Positions 1 through 14,873 are shown, numbered from the stretch's first letter. The stretch: 64,000 bases of DNA from Oopsacas minuta (GCA_024704765.1 JAKMXF010000339.1:161555-225554); one strand, 5' to 3'. Notes: a model not told the origin generated them from the sequence alone. Made by a program: numbers and translations.

Positions 1-66
1 TGGGATGACGTCATCATTCAATTAGATGAATTTGAGAATAAAAAACAAAAATTAAATAATCACAAG

Positions 67-1032
67 ATGGAAATGGAAAAGCTCTTTCAAGAACTAAAAC
101 AATCTACGTCATCAATAGAGTCTGTATCCCTTTCTATAGAAGCAGCTATGAATGATTTAGATTTGAATATCCCTTATGTTAGTTTATTTTGGGCAATTGA
201 TGTCTTGGAAGATAGTATTGACAATATGTGTATTTATGAGCAACAGGACAATTCTATTCAAAAGAACACTGAATTTCAGTTGGAATTGGATAAATTTACA
301 GATAGTCCTGAAGATCCTTGGGGTATAGCGATCGACTCTGCTAATGATCTTGTTTATATTGCTGATAGAACTTTTGATAAAGTTAAGATATTCTGTAGAA
401 ATTATGGAACATGTATTGGCTGTATTGAAGGGGAAAAATTACAATTTCCAGAGAATATTATTCTAAAGCACAATTCTGTAATTGTACAGTGCAGTAAATC
501 AATTCATAAAATCGATTCATTAACTCTTAATACAGAATTAACCATACTTTCTGATTCATTATTGGCTGGTTTATGTATAGATTAGTTACACATGTATGTA
601 GGAGATTACTACAATGTGAGTCTCGTGGTACTGAGTATGAATTTAAAAGAAGAGAGGAGAATAACTCTCAAAGGTGAATACTGCAAAGCTAATGAAACTC
701 TGATAAAGTCCATCTCATTGGTTCAAGATGAATTTTATATTTTGTTTGTAAATACAGATTACCCTATACAAGCCTTGTCAATTGAGGGTATCCTTACAAG
801 AACAGTTATACCTTTACAATTATTGAAGTTTCCTCGCTGCTTCTCTCTCGATCAACAGTTAAACGTTATAATAGGAGATGTAGATGACGTGAAGATATTC
901 TCGAATGAAGGAAAATACATAACTAAGTTTGGGAGGTTTTCTGATATATTTGGCTTAGTAGTAGATGAGTTAGGGTCTATTATTACTGTACAACGAGGAT
1001 CCCCTGTGATACAAGAATTTAAAATAGTTTAA
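67..1032 (+). pseudogene. Short coiled-coil + NHL-repeat (TRIM-NHL-like) gene interrupted by one in-frame TAG
   Basis: ORFs 67-585 and 592-1032 are in the same frame and separated only by TAG(583-585)+TTA CAC. NHL blades are present: PEDPWGIAIDSANDLVYIAD, GLCID*LHMYVGD, FPRCFSLDQQLNVIIGD, IFGLVVDELGSII. Confidence 0.7.
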
Positions 1033-3188
1033 TTAATATTTCACTGACCTATATTTTTCTATCTCGATTGCTGTCTGATGATTTGTTTATTTATTCTGTT
1101 AGTGTTAGTGTTTGTTTGATTTTGAAAATTTACATTTTGTCGCTACTCAATTGTGAATCCATCTCTCATTTACCTGAGTATGTTTTCTATTAGTTGTGAT
1201 GTCATTCTCAGAACTATTCAAGTTTGTATAGTTGCTGAAGATAACTCGCCCACCAGACCCCCACCTCTTTCACTCACAGACAGAGACCGAGGAGACTCAT
1301 GATGAAGAAGACACTCCCCCCTCAGACTCCCCAGACAGCAACAAGTCCCTATTAGAGTGAGTACGTCAGGACATAATCCGTGTCTGTTTGAAGGACTACG
1401 GAGAGATAAGTGTTCTGGTGTTATACTGCAGGAATGGACATCTATTCTACAGACTCAGTCACAGACAGAGACCTACCAAGTTTAGAATTGTAAGGTATTA
1501 CACTTAAATATTTAATTATACGCTACCTACTGTACTTTAATACTTAGTATTTGCTGTTGTTGCCTTTTGGATAATATCTATACTATTAAATCTCAATTTG
1601 TGTGTCTGTCTGTCACGCTCCCATATAGAAAACATATAGGTTCAGTTCATAAAGTCCAGAACCAAATATTACACAACATAACAACAACAAACAACATCAT
1701 ACTGGAGTAATTGAGTATGCTAGGTTCAAATATGATATTGTAAACAACATTTCATAAATATTCGTTCACTTTTGGGTACATAAAGTAGGCAGATTTAAAG
1801 CTAATGTCAGTATCATGTTTGGAACTGTTAAGATTATGAGTTTAAGTACTCGAGGGCCGTAGGCCCGAGTGCGGACACTAAGTGTTCGCAATCGCGTAGC
1901 GCGAGCTAGCGAAGCGCGCTAGTATTAGTTAAAATACATGGGTTATGTATATTACGACTATCCATGTCAGTAAACATGAGTACAATGTAATTTTGAATCA
2001 TGGTATCATCGTATAGTATAAGTATAATGTCGTATATACGTTTTAGATGGTTTCAGGGCTGTTGGATATATGACATGTGTCTTAGTCCTGACAGTCACTC
2101 GTTACTAGAGGCCTGTAGTCACGGCATGCTCAAGATACTCTCTGTACTTCCAATACTATTTGATAACTATCTATCTGATGACGTGTTAGAGACACGAGAC
2201 ATTGACATTAAAATCAATCTCAGGTAATGCACTTTTTAATGGGAAATTATAATTTTAGTTCATTCATTTTGCCATATATTTCTCTTGTATTAGAAACTCA
2301 AATACACTGGAACTTCGTTTATACGAACACCAGCGGAAGGTCAAATATGTCTGCTTTAACCTGAGTTCGTATTAAACGGAGTAATACCAATTGAATAACC
2401 ATTGTAGGGACCTGATTTAGTGTAAATATTTGTTCATCTTAGCCATATATGCATATTAATCGTGTTCACATTAACGAAGTTTCGCTGTATATTATTTTTA
2501 CTGTTATAGTTCGTTAAATAAGGAAAGTTCCTTATTATTTCAGAATTGGATTCAATACCGAGTGCCTTATGATATGATTTAATTGAAATTATGTTGCATT
2601 CAGGTCTTACGGTTGTCCTACCTGTGTAGTCTGGTGGAGTGCTAGGAATGGAAATAATTTCGGGATTATCGGGTTTCAGAAATGTACAATAGTAATCGTG
2701 GATATGAATAATAAAGAAATACAGAAGGTTATAGAACTGGGATCAGAATATACTCCAAGAGAATTCCAGCTAGAACGGAAGCACCACAACTCATCAACTA
2801 GTCTATTCATATCAACCACATGTAATATTCATTTCTGGGGTCTTCTAGAGACTGCTGAAGAGCAAAAACTTATTGGTACACTCATCAACGGCAAGTACCA
2901 TGGATATAGTTAAAGTCCTGCTTATATAATTAGTTATATTGACTAGTGTATAGGAGCTAGCAGTAAATCTCGTGAATGTAGCAGCGATGAACAAATTGAT
3001 TATTTGAGTAGACAAGAATCTATTTCTAATATTCTACAAAAGTCCAGCTCAGATACAGAATTCTCTTCTCAAACAATTTTAAGGTGTGAAATAAAAACAA
3101 GGAATAATATATAATATGGGAAGGGTATATTTGATTCAAATGTAACAAAATAGTTATTACAAAGGAAAAGTAAACAAAGGTATGAATA

Positions 3189-4054
3189 TTAGTAAAATAG
3201 AAAATTATCAAAAATAATGAGATGATGTTCACCTCTATTACAAACTACAATAACTCTTCCTCTGTTATCCACTGTAAAACCGTTTGCATGAGTTATAGGT
3301 ATCCTGTGTATCAATTCTAATTGAGAGTTTAAAATAGAAATGGTGTTAGAAAAATTATTTGTAATAAGAACATTGTTGGAATTGTCAATATGGAAGGAAC
3401 AATGAATAATCACCTGTAAGTTGTTACATCCAATAGAAATAACACTCTTATGTAGAATAAGATTGTAGTCGTATAGATGAAGACAAGGATCAGATAGATC
3501 AAGAATATAAATGAATTCTTTTGTAAGATTAACATCAATTGGAGATTTGAGGTTATCTTGTCCAAACTGTGCCTTGAAGGTAAGTTCCTGGGACATTATC
3601 TGAATACGATGATTTCTAGGATCACATATGTATACCTCTCCGTTAGATTCATCAAATGTCAGACCACGAGGATAATCAAATTCCAAATCTCCTTTCCCAC
3701 GTTTCCCTTTTCTAGAAATAAACTCTCCATTCATTTGATAATTTAAAATACAGTGACTTTTTTGTGTAATCAGAATTCTATCTCTACATATAGCTACCCA
3801 ACTGGATGACACATCTTTCCCTCTCCTTCCTCATCTCCAAATTTAAACATAATCTTAGCATTACAATCGAATACTTTCACACAATTATTCAAACAATCTG
3901 CTACATAAATATATCCTGTAGAATTATCAATAGTTACTCCTTCTGGTCCATTAAGATATTCTAATTCCTCTCCCCTTTTACAAACACTGACTATAGGTTG
4001 TATCTTGCTCTTATAGTCTACAGAGAATATTCTCTCTAAAGTATTAGCTGCCAT
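3189..4054 (-). pseudogene. Short NHL-repeat paralog 1, frameshifted
   Basis: ORFs 3794-4087 and 3189-3812 join across a 1-nt deletion (ccagttgggt-agct versus ccagttgggttagct in the intact paralogs). ATG of MAANTLERIF is at 4054. Confidence 0.85.
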
Positions 4055-4429
4055 TAGTTCAGTTCTGTAATTAGAATAATGAAACAATTCAAATAATATA
4101 ACTTATCTATTTGACTATAAGTAATGAGCTCTAACTATAAATACAAATCAATACAGAGACCTATACAGAGAGATATCAAATTTATATAATTATATGAATT
4201 TAAATAGAATACAGTATATTCTGCTATGCTCTGACATTCTCATATTTAGAGAAGTTATTCTCAGGCACTGGGGTCTTGATAGCAAAATCCCAAGATCCTA
4301 GTGTCCTAGCAATGTTTCTTGGATCCTAAGGTTCCAGAGGTCCCAGGTCAAAATTTTTTCCCAGGACCCTAAGGCCCTAGTCTAAATATTCGCTCCAGGA
4401 CCCTATAATTACTAATGCAAATTTAACTC

Positions 4430-4830
4430 TGTTCGAGCCTTTGGCTCATCGCTTCGCGATGAACTCGGCGCATGGCGCCTCAAAGTATGCAACGGACAAA
4501 CAAACAGGCAAATAATAATTCATATTGACGAATATGGATGTTGTTTACAATATTCAGACTCAGCATACTCAAATATACCACTTTAGTCGTTGAAAGTATG
4601 ATTTGACCCCCTATTTTGAAATTTGTTTACTATATATTCATAAAAATAACATACATTTACATATGATTAATCCAAAAGTGTGAAAATCGGATTCCGCATG
4701 TTCGATATATATAATGAAGTTTTGTTGAATTCTGAATACTGCCTTTATACACACGAAAAATATGCTACAATTTCAAAATTGCATACCCTAAATCCTTTCC
4801 TTGACAACGGACAACAACCAGACAAATAAA
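4430..4830. repeat. Dispersed non-autonomous repeat (GCGAAGC mini-hairpin, ends in an (ACAA)n-like tract); Helitron/HINE-like by appearance
   Basis: The block catatgattaatccaaaagtgtgaaaatcg...ccgtaaatcctttccttgacaacggacaaac recurs at ~24630-25110, ~45010-46150 (inverted) and ~62940-63340. Family assignment is inference. Confidence 0.5.
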
Positions 4831-6269
4831 CAGACAAACAACAATCTATATTCCGATATCTCAATGATTATTTGTCCGTCTGTCTGTCTGTTTATTTGTA
4901 ACGATTGACTGGACTTTCTCTTCTTCACCTGCCTAGAGATATTGATGTAGACATCAATGAAGTGATAGATGAGTTTAGGCGAATCAATCCAACGAGACTG
5001 CAATTGTCTAACATTTTAGCTGATTGATAAACATTAAAATAGTCATTACTAAGTTTGATTTATTATCAAAGTATAGCTTAATAAATTTCAATGTCAATCC
5101 ATATTACTTAGTATCCCCAAATAGTCTCGAAACGCTACTCCAGACTGTACTACTCCTAAACACACTTTACCAATTAACAATTTGAATTACATAACTCTGC
5201 GAGTTGTTGATATTGTTTAAAGAAATTCAAGAATTTGTACGATAATCACATTCCGTAAAACATTCAAATCTCCTCTATCGAATGATATTAATCTCGTTAA
5301 TTTTTTGACAAGAGAAAGTGTGTCAAATTTGTGACTGAAGTAAATATGCAAAATATATCAAATATGCTGAATCTGATTTCACACATTTGAATTAAACATA
5401 TCACAAAAATCCGACACAAGAAATTCTGAGTCAAAACTGACATATAATAGTATTAACCTCTACAGGCATATCTTGCTGCATCCAACATCCACAGTTTATA
5501 ATCTGATTCTGCACACGCTGGACATATGTTTTGTGACCTTCAACCATTTTCGTTGAGACAAAAGGATCATGTTATCTATTCAGAATCAAACTAGGCAACT
5601 GAATTTTATCATAAACAATTCCTTCTCTCAAAAATCAGTAAATACATTCCTGATAAAGTTAATAGGCTAGGGAAATGCACGCTTTTGTGAGAATGTATAC
5701 AGAAAAGTTTGCATATCTTCATCAAGTTTTGTTAAACTTCACACTCGTTAAGTTGTGCGGATAATTCACGGCTGAAATTCGTTGCTGACTTCACACTCGT
5801 TCTAGGGAATTGGGTTCTAGGAACAAGATTGTTCCATAACTAGGAGCTACAGCACTCTCAAACAGTAGAGGCCTACCTTACCCCTGTTTACTTACTAGTT
5901 AGCCACGCGTCAGGAAGCTACTTCACAATGACGCCAGTACGAATGTCACACTTACCCTCCTTTATGATAATTCATGGGATTATCTAAAGATTTCTTGATA
6001 TAGGAGGACTAGTTAGTACTGCCAGACAGAATATTCCGCGACTGTTCTAATTCACGCTGAAATATACTTAACGATTAAATATAAGAATGTCAGAGCATAG
6101 CAGAATATACTGTATTCTATGTAAATTCATATAATTATATAAATTTGATATCTCTCTGTATAGGTCTCTGTATTGATTTGTATTTATAGTTAGAGCTCAT
6201 TACTTATAGTCAAATAGATAAGTTATATTATTTGAATTGTTTCATTATTCTATTTACAGAACTGAACTA

Positions 6270-7104
6270 ATGGCTACAGCTAATCCTTTAGAGAGAATAT
6301 TCTCTGGCGACTATGGCAGCGAGATACAACCTATAGTCAGTGTTTGTATAAGGGAAGATGAATTAGGATCTCTTGATAGTCCAGGAGGAGTGACTATTGA
6401 CAATTCTAGGAGATATCTATGTAGCAGATAGTGTGGATAATAGTGTTAAAGTTTTCGATGGTAGTGGTAAGATTATGCTTAAATTTGGAGATGAGGAAGG
6501 AGAAGGGAAGATGTATGGTCCAATAGCGTTAGCTATATGTAGAGATCGAATTCTAATTTCACAAAATTTCTGGATTTTGAATTATCAAATGAATGGCGGG
6601 TTTATTTCTAGAATAGGGAAACGTGGGGAAGGAGATTTGGAATTTGATTATCTTCGTGGTCTGACATTTGATGAATCTAACGGAGAGGTATACATATGTG
6701 ATTCTGATAATAATCGTATTCAGATACTGTCCAAAGAACTTACCTACAAGACACAGTTTGGACAAGATAACCTCAAAACTCCTCTTGATGTTAAACTTAG
6801 AAAAGAATTCATTTATATTCTTGATGAATCTAATCCTTGTCTTCATCTGTACAACTACAATCTTATTCTACATAAGAGTATTATCTCTAGAGAAGATGGA
6901 TTACTGAGGATGAATCCATGGTACTTCTGTATTGACAATTCTAACAATATTTATTTTACAGATTATTATTCTGACGAAATTATGCTCGTCGATTCTCAAT
7001 TTTATTTCAAACACACGAAATTTATAGCTTCTCTTACCGGTATTACAGTAGATAACAAAGGAAGAGTTATTGTAGTTTGTACTGGAGGTCTACATATGTT
7101 ATGA
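6270..7104 (+). pseudogene. Short NHL-repeat paralog 2, frameshifted
   Basis: ORFs 6237-6431 and 6397-7104 join across a 2-nt deletion (aattcta--ggagat versus aattctactggagat). Confidence 0.85.
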
Positions 7105-9973
7105 TAATTTTTCACTTTTGTTAGTGTTCATAGCTTTGTTTCTTTTTTCTTTCCTCCAATATTATGTATTATTCCTTATTGTTATTTCACATCTTATAGA
7201 GGATGCCTTTATGTTATAATAACGCCATAAGCCCGCATTCTATTTCTCTCTTTGCGATTAACGTTAAATAGCCAAAACTTCGATACGATATTCCCCATTA
7301 TTCAGATATCATTAATCCCCCTCCTTTAAGGAGATGCTCAGTGGTGTTTTTCCAAATATCGAAGTAGGTTGTGAGTGCTCCTTATTTCAGTTAAGCTATT
7401 TCTTAGAAAACTTAGTGAAAAGGTTAGCCCCGCGCCCGCCTCCTACCCCCAAGCACCACTAGAGATGCTTTGAGGACTAACAATGTATTATTGATCTAAT
7501 ATTGCCATATTTATCACATTTTTAGAGCCTTCATTACAGTCGATATTAGTTATCGTATATGATGAGACTAGTAAGTGAATTATAGGTTAACGAGATGTCA
7601 TGTACCATATGATAAGTTGTTTGTAGTGTAACAACAATTTTATGATTACAACGATACAAACTGAATCATTACTAAATCGATGTTTAGGATTATTTATCCT
7701 CCAGTACTCTACTAAACTGTATTCAATGCATGACTACTAAATCTGACTTCCAGTCAAAGGCAGGAATAGTTGACAACTTATCAACTGTCCTGCTTTTGAC
7801 TGGAAGTCCAAGGAAAGTCCAATGTCCATTGACATGTAAATATATTGTTGTTTTTGTGAATAGACAGGAAACAATTAGAAATATCTCAAAAATTACGTAG
7901 ATACTTGCTCTCAACGGCAACAAAGGGGGTTCATCTTACAAAATATTTCAATAATACATGTGTAATATACGCATATTTGTGAATTACATTGCGTTAAATA
8001 TATCTATATTATAATACTCAAAAGGACCGTCAATTTTTGGAGAATAATGGATACCTCGAGGCGTAATGTGGAGAGTTCATCGCGAAGCAACTACCCCAAG
8101 GGCTCGTAGTAATTTATAACAAAATTGTAATTATCCTATATAAGATCCTCCGGCCTGAACTCGGTGCCAAACTTATTACTCAAATATACAAAAACTGAAT
8201 TATATCAAAAGATCACAAAAATATTATCGCGAACCATGTACGCGAAATTTTATCTACCAAAGATTCACATACAAAGTGAGGCGGCTCAGGCCGCCCCTCC
8301 TCCGCCAGCCCTGACAAGTATACTGCTGTACGTATTAAACCGGTATCCACTATATAGAGTTCATTGCAATGGGAATTCCTTTTCTATAAACTCTATTATT
8401 CTTCAATTATCATACATCTACGTATTCGTTTCTAAAATTGGAAATAATGGAAATGAAATATAATCAATATACCTAAGTTGACTATTTCATTGAAACAATT
8501 CGTTGCACATTTAGCCTTGTAAATCACAGAATATTTTATCACAACAGTTTTCAAGCATTTCTTTTTCTTCTCACATAGGTGGTAATCGATCATCTCAATT
8601 TTGTCGAGAAATCAATAAATATCGAGTAATACCTCATAAATGACTTCTCATAATTCTATCGGCGAATATTATATGTACTACCATAGCATTCTATATACTA
8701 AGGCAATGGCACTCTATTGAAATTTTGGATCATGGATTGTCAGTACCATCGACTTTCAAAGTATAATGTATTATCTATAGGTGTGATTCTACTGCTCCTA
8801 GTTAATTATTAATTATCAGTTTCAAATGATTTACCACACCCCGGCCTGATTTATTTAATATTAGAATATTAAAAGTCAACATAATAGATTTTAATAAGTC
8901 AAACCATATATTTAACAGTACAATACGTATATGTGGCATACAACAAATAACATAATATATTCTCTTAGTAGTAGTAGCAGTAATATATTATACTATCATA
9001 AACGTCCAGCTGAACATAACAAATCGAATAACAATACAATAGCTTCAGTCTTCTATACAAACTTCTAACAGTAAAATGATCTATAAAAGAACAAAGGAAA
9101 ATTATTTGTATTTTTGAGCTTAGTATTATCCCTATTTAACACCATAAAATTGTAATTGCGGATTCTCTTCGACAAGATTATATTTGACCATGTAACACAC
9201 AATTTCTTCAATATTTCCCGATTCCAAACGCCACAGGAGCAACAATCATTCCAAACATCAGTATATTTCTCTGAAATGATTGTCATAGAAATGAGTACCA
9301 ACAAACTACGGGACTATGCAGAATAGAATTTCTTGCTGAGGAAATCACAGTTATCTATCATCAGAAAGGCTTTATACAAGATAGTAACAGACTTTACTAC
9401 ACAAGAAGAAGGATATTTAAGAGAACCTCGATCTACTAAATTAATCAAAGTATATTGAGAACCAACGTCATTATTAACTTCTAGGAGTCTATCTGTTGTT
9501 AAAAGATCGTAACAAGATTGACAAGCATTTGACTTTTTTATGTAAAAAGAAGGCTGCATATCCTGCTATTTAGATGAGGCATTCAATCTGAGAAACTTCT
9601 AATTCAATGAGCGAGATATCATTCAATATATTCATATAAGGTTCTATATCGAGTTGCTTTTCGTCACTTATAAACTCACAATCGTCTGCGAATTGCCTAG
9701 GGTATTCTTTTAGTGAAAATGTTATCTCCCAAACCATATTTTATGCCGTGAATTTTCAAACAAAAGACCTGGGTGATGATGTTATAACGTCGAGCATATT
9801 TATCAATGATTAGATATTTCAACTGATCGTGCAAAAAAGTAAGACGCATTCGTAAAGAAGCCTCAGCGATTTCGAAATATAATTTGGAATCAGTGTGCTC
9901 TAATGTATCAATAGCTTGACCAAGACTATGAATAGAGTTCTCCACATTTTGTATCAGAGATGTCGCAGAGGTA

Positions 9974-11275
9974 CGAGGGGCACTCGAAAAGTTTTGCCGT
10001 TTGATATGAAACCATTAATCTGTCGGATATTTTTCCGCATCCATCTTTTCAGACATATTTTACTAATCTACTTTGAAACTTTCATTCATTTCTTCTACTT
10101 TCATAAATTAGATAATTTTAGTATACAGGGCTTCTAAAATATCTCAATCTAAATCAGATCTCACAAAACGTGATTTTCGAGCAATGATATTGATCTTATT
10201 CAAACTACAGAAGACAAGAGTAGAAATCTATGAATCTTTACAGGAACATTTCCCAGATCTAGCTCCTTCTCAAAGTACAGTTGAACGATGGTACAGGGAA
10301 TTTATTCACAGAAACTTTGTTCTTGAAGATGCCCCTCGTTCAGGAAGACCGAATATTTCACATAATGAAGAAAATGTCAACGATATGCTAGATCTAATTA
10401 CTAAAGATCCTCATATTACGTACGCTCAGTTAGAGTATGAAACCGAGTTATCATCGGGGACAATTAATATCATTTTGCACAAGGAGCTTTGTGTCAGGAA
10501 GTTGTGTGTCCGATGGATCCCCCATTCTTTGAACTTTCAGCAAAAATTATCCCGCATAGACTTTTCAAAATTATGCTCAAAAGGTTTGCTAATGGAAGTT
10601 CAAGAGCTGTTTCTGAGATCCTTACAGGTGATGAGACATGGATATACCATTATGACCCAGAAACAAAGCGAATGTCAAAGGAGTGGGTTGAAGAAGATGC
10701 CCCACCTCCAACCAAAGTGTGGAGGGCTAGACCTGTTGGGAAACAAATGTGGGCGATTTTTTCAGATCTAGTGGGTTTGTCGAAGCTGTTGCTCTCGAGG
10801 ATAGAAAGACTGTTTCTGCCGACTGGTACACTACAGTGTGCCTACCCAAAGTCATCACAGCAATTGAGTCACAGCGGCAGAAGACAGGCATTAGAGGAAT
10901 TCTTCTTCATCATGATAATGCTTCATCGCATACGGCAATCAGAACTCGTGAGTTTTGGAAAATTCTGGACTCAAAAACATTACCTCACCCACCCTACAGT
11001 CCTGATTTAGCCCCTTGCGACTTCTGGTTGTTCCCTAGACTCAAAGATCAATTACGTGGGAGGAGATTTTCGACTAATGAGGAGTTGAGAGGGGCACTTT
11101 TCCAAGCGATCGGAGACATACCCAAAGAAGAGTGGAAAAAATGTTGATAATTGGTTTACCAGAATGAAAAAATGTATAGATTGTCAGGGACAGTATTTTG
11201 AAAAAATGTAATAGTCAATTTTATTATTACTATCTGATATGTCGGTCAACATCAAAACTTTTCGAGTGCCCTTCG
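9974..11275 (+). mobile_element. Full-length (1.3 kb) mariner element with TIRs and TA target duplication
   Basis: Left end ta|cgaggggcactcgaaaagttttg (9972-9996) versus right end caaaacttttcgagtgcccttcg|ta (11253-11277), 1 mismatch. Confidence 0.93.
10139..11211 (+). pseudogene. Mariner (DD34D) transposase with three frameshifts
   Basis: Three overlapping ORFs plus a C-terminal frame give WIPHSL (WVPHEL-like), TGDETW, HHDNASSH, HPPYSPDLAPCDFWLF and NWFTRMKKCIDCQGQYFEKM. Confidence 0.92.
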
Positions 11276-13269
11276 TATTTGTATTAGTACTTGGAGATAT
11301 TTCAAATAAATCAACTTAATGGGTAATGTTTTCTAATAACCTGATATCATTTATTGAGGAAGACGAGAGCTGAATTTTGTTCTTTTCTTTATAAAAAGAC
11401 TTACAAAATACACTTTCATCGACAATTATATATCGTTCGATAGTGGAAACTTCGTTACAAAATTAAATCTTAAGAAATAGTATGTTAGAAGAATCAGGGC
11501 GATGGAAAAGCCAACCGTTTGGGAGTATGATCATGTGCAACTTAGATATAATACAACTAAGACTCGAAATCATGAACATAGCTTCGGTCTCTTGAAATTC
11601 TGCTTGACTTTTCTTGTATACATGCTGCATCCTCTTCTCCTCTTTATCGTCTAGACTCTAGAGATAGCCTTTGGGTTTTAGCAACTGCATCTGTGAAATA
11701 AGTTAGACAATTTGCAAAGATACTAGGAACTGCAAATTTCTTAAGAACAACTTTATTCCTGGGCATCTTGATCATCTCAACTCCGTTATAATATACAATA
11801 TTCCTCTCGATATCTTCTTCACGGAATGATGTATACAGACCTATAAAGATAGAAATAATTATACTATATCACAGACAAATTTCTATAACAACTTACCAAA
11901 AATCGTTTATTCTCTTCATAGTCTCCTTTCGGTCGAGGAATCGCTCGAAACCACTTTTCACGAGTTTCAACATCAGTAGGAAAGGAAAAGTAGGCATATA
12001 TGAATCGAATCACCTTGACTGTGATAATTCGACTTACAACCAGGTACTAGGCATGTCATGTTGAATGTGTGATGATGCGGTACAAATATTGCAGTATTTG
12101 GAAGAAACGAAAATATTAACAATAATTATTATATGTTATCAACATTGAATACAAAATTTATGGGTGGGTAAAATATTTTCTATATTAAGAAGTTTAAGAC
12201 ACAAAATTTCAAAAGTAATCACAAATATTGACGCTAATACATAGCTTGCATGTTGCTACATAAGATCTCTATCCTCATAATGAATCATATATATTCTTAG
12301 AGCACTATAGGCGATTAATTCGCGCGAACAATACGACTGAATTGGATATTCAAATATGTGCAAAACTGAAGTTTTATAAATCAGGCAAAATTATACTAAA
12401 ATATGTTCTAAGGAGTAGCAGTTGTTGGATACACATAAATGTTGAAATCACTTTGATATATTAAGAAATACAAAAGTTGTGATGTAAAGTAGTCCGATGG
12501 TAATGACAATCCATGGTCAAAAATTTCGATAGAGTGCCATTGCCTTAGTATATAGAATGCTATGCGTTACTATATTAAATGATCCATCGTTGTAAACATA
12601 AAACATCTCTTTCTCTCTAAACTAGTTGTGTCTTAATTTAAGAAAATTTCCGAACTAGAAATCAGAGTTTAATGAATTCTATACATACAATTATTTCAGT
12701 AACACAGAATCTCAGCACACATTTATCACCAAATTACAATTAACCACATGCACAATTCGTGTTACATACTTAAATCTCAGAATTCTATACTCTCCTCAAA
12801 ATATTACATGAGTGTCCATGGTGTTACTTAATCGGAGGCGTCGATCTTGGGGGTGGGCAATGGGCTCGTGCCCCCCCCCCCCCTCCCAATATTATTTATC
12901 ATTTTTCACTTTTCCATCATTTATATTATTGATTAATTCTACAAATATATTCTATTGGAGTTATACAATTATTGCCAATAATTTGGCTTTGTGTATATTT
13001 GAATTTCAAAGGCATACAACAAATTGCCCAGCTTTCTTCACTTTATGTAGAGCACCAATTTTGTATTATGAATCAAATTTGTTTGCTAGAGAGTTTTAGT
13101 ATTTAATATTTGAGTGATTATTTTGTATTGGTTCATTCTAAAGTGCTTTCGTTTGGTTTCTTAGCACAATTGGCTTCACAGCCTTCACTCTCCAATACCT
13201 ATATTTCGTAATATAAATTAGTACAGAATCATGGTTACTTGTATTAGATTTCAATATTTGTATTAATTC

Positions 13270-14150
13270 ATTAATTGATGGCAAATATTTGGACAACAGT
13301 ACAGTTGATCTGCTTCCCAGCCCTAAGCGACCAAGAATTCTACAGAACTCTCCTAACCAACCTAGAGATATAACTTTTCCAATCGATCCAATAATTCATA
13401 AAAAGTATCGCTCCAAGCGCCATGCTAACTCATTGCCATATTCACTGTGTTGATCTCGCTGTTCAAGATGTAGTTATAACAATTCCTATAATGCGCAACT
13501 TTCTACATTTAGCAAATGATCTTATTGTATTTCTTAGAAACTCTCCAAAACGATGTGCTATTGTACATAAGATTGCACTGCAGTTAGACTGTCCGCAGAA
13601 TCACATAAGACTCCTTACCTCTACACGATTCACTGTAAAATATTCTGCGCTTTCTGGATTATATTAACAATTTGATGTAGTTTTTGATGAATTGGAAGAG
13701 ATAAACACACAAACCAGTGAAAGTAGGATTAAATCAAAAGGAAGTGGTAATATTAAGCGGTAACAGAATTTGATACATGTTCTGCTCTATGCTTATCACT
13801 CAAGCTATTTGAAATAACAGATAGGTTAAGCAAACGGTTTCAGTCTAAAGATGTTTCAGTCGGAGAAGGAAATTCATTTGTTAAATATCCAATCTCTATT
13901 TTAGAATCAATGGATTGTGAAGAAAAATTTAAATTACTCTGGTCAGAGGTGCAACAATTTTGTATAGAACACGGAACGGAATCTGCAAAACTTCCACATC
14001 AAAGACGACCTCCAATTCGATTTGATCTCTCTAGTAAAACTATTTTCAATACACCAGAAGAATACTATCAATCAATATACAATCAAGTTCTTGCTCATGC
14101 TTGTGATACTATACGATGTAGCATAACGAGCAAATACATAGTCTAGTATT
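13270..14150 (+). mobile_element. Decayed hAT transposase fragment (ZMYM1-like)
   Basis: HIHCVDLAVQD...FLRNSPKR...LLTSTRFTVKYSAL...KLPHQRRPPIRFD...TPEEYYQSIYNQV, spread over several frames. Confidence 0.65.
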
Positions 14151-14873
14151 AGAAAAAATCGAACACTTCTTAGTTGATAGTTGGAAAGGAGTTGCCATCA
14201 ATCTAGATTACCTTAAACTTGTATGTAAGTGTAGTATAGAGTTTAGTCAAGCGCTGTGTGCAATCGCAATACTTACTAGTTACTAACGAACACATTAGTT
14301 GTCAGCTATAAAAGCGACTAGCGCCTGTAATAGATATGTAGTTTACATTTATTTTTGTTACTGTGTATTACTCCTCAATAGCAAACAGAATCTTCCAGAG
14401 AGTAATGACAGAGCCAAGAACAGGCTCAGATGGATACTTGAGCCCCCTCGATCTGCTAATTGCAAGAGCTTAATTTGAGAAATTGAATCTCTGTCAGGAA
14501 TACATTCTTTATCAAAGTTAGCTTATCAATGCACAATCTGCACTCTTGAAACCCTTTCAAGAATTTATAGACCGAAAATCCTCTGACAAGCTAACGACTA
14601 GAGAATCTACTGAGTGTATTCAATTGATAATATATCACCAATTCTATCAAGATAATCCTCAAGAACTACAGTAGAACTCTGATATACAGTACCCTTCGGG
14701 AAATAAACAATAAACACATACTAACCGATCAGTGAACTATGCAATAGAGTAATTCGCTCCTAGAGGCGTATAGAATTGACCCCTCCTGTAATTAGGCGTA
14801 CAATAATAACTCCAGCTAAGTGTATTACATACGCCTAAAAGGATCGTCTGACGCTACTCGTTAGAAAGAACTA

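Larger units (their letters stand above)
9065..12055 (-). mobile_element. Decayed THAP-domain / P-element (THAP9-like) transposase, internally deleted and split by a mariner
   Basis: Minus strand 11700-12055 gives a THAP motif (VPGCKSNY...FSFPTDVETREKWFRAIPRP...intron...VCIHHF...AVPSIF). 9697-9945 gives KYARRYNIITQVFCLKIHGI. 9314-9559 gives C-terminal CQSC...LINLVDRGSLKYPS. Confidence 0.65.

Noticed and set aside
4-15. gatgacgtcatc CRE-like palindrome (also ~24348, ~46416)
   Set aside because: Short motif expected by chance or within repeats; no independent support for function.
1100-3100. Short ORFs 2000-2227 and 2698-2913 and possible exons at 1240-1500
   Set aside because: No recognisable domains or consistent splice structure.
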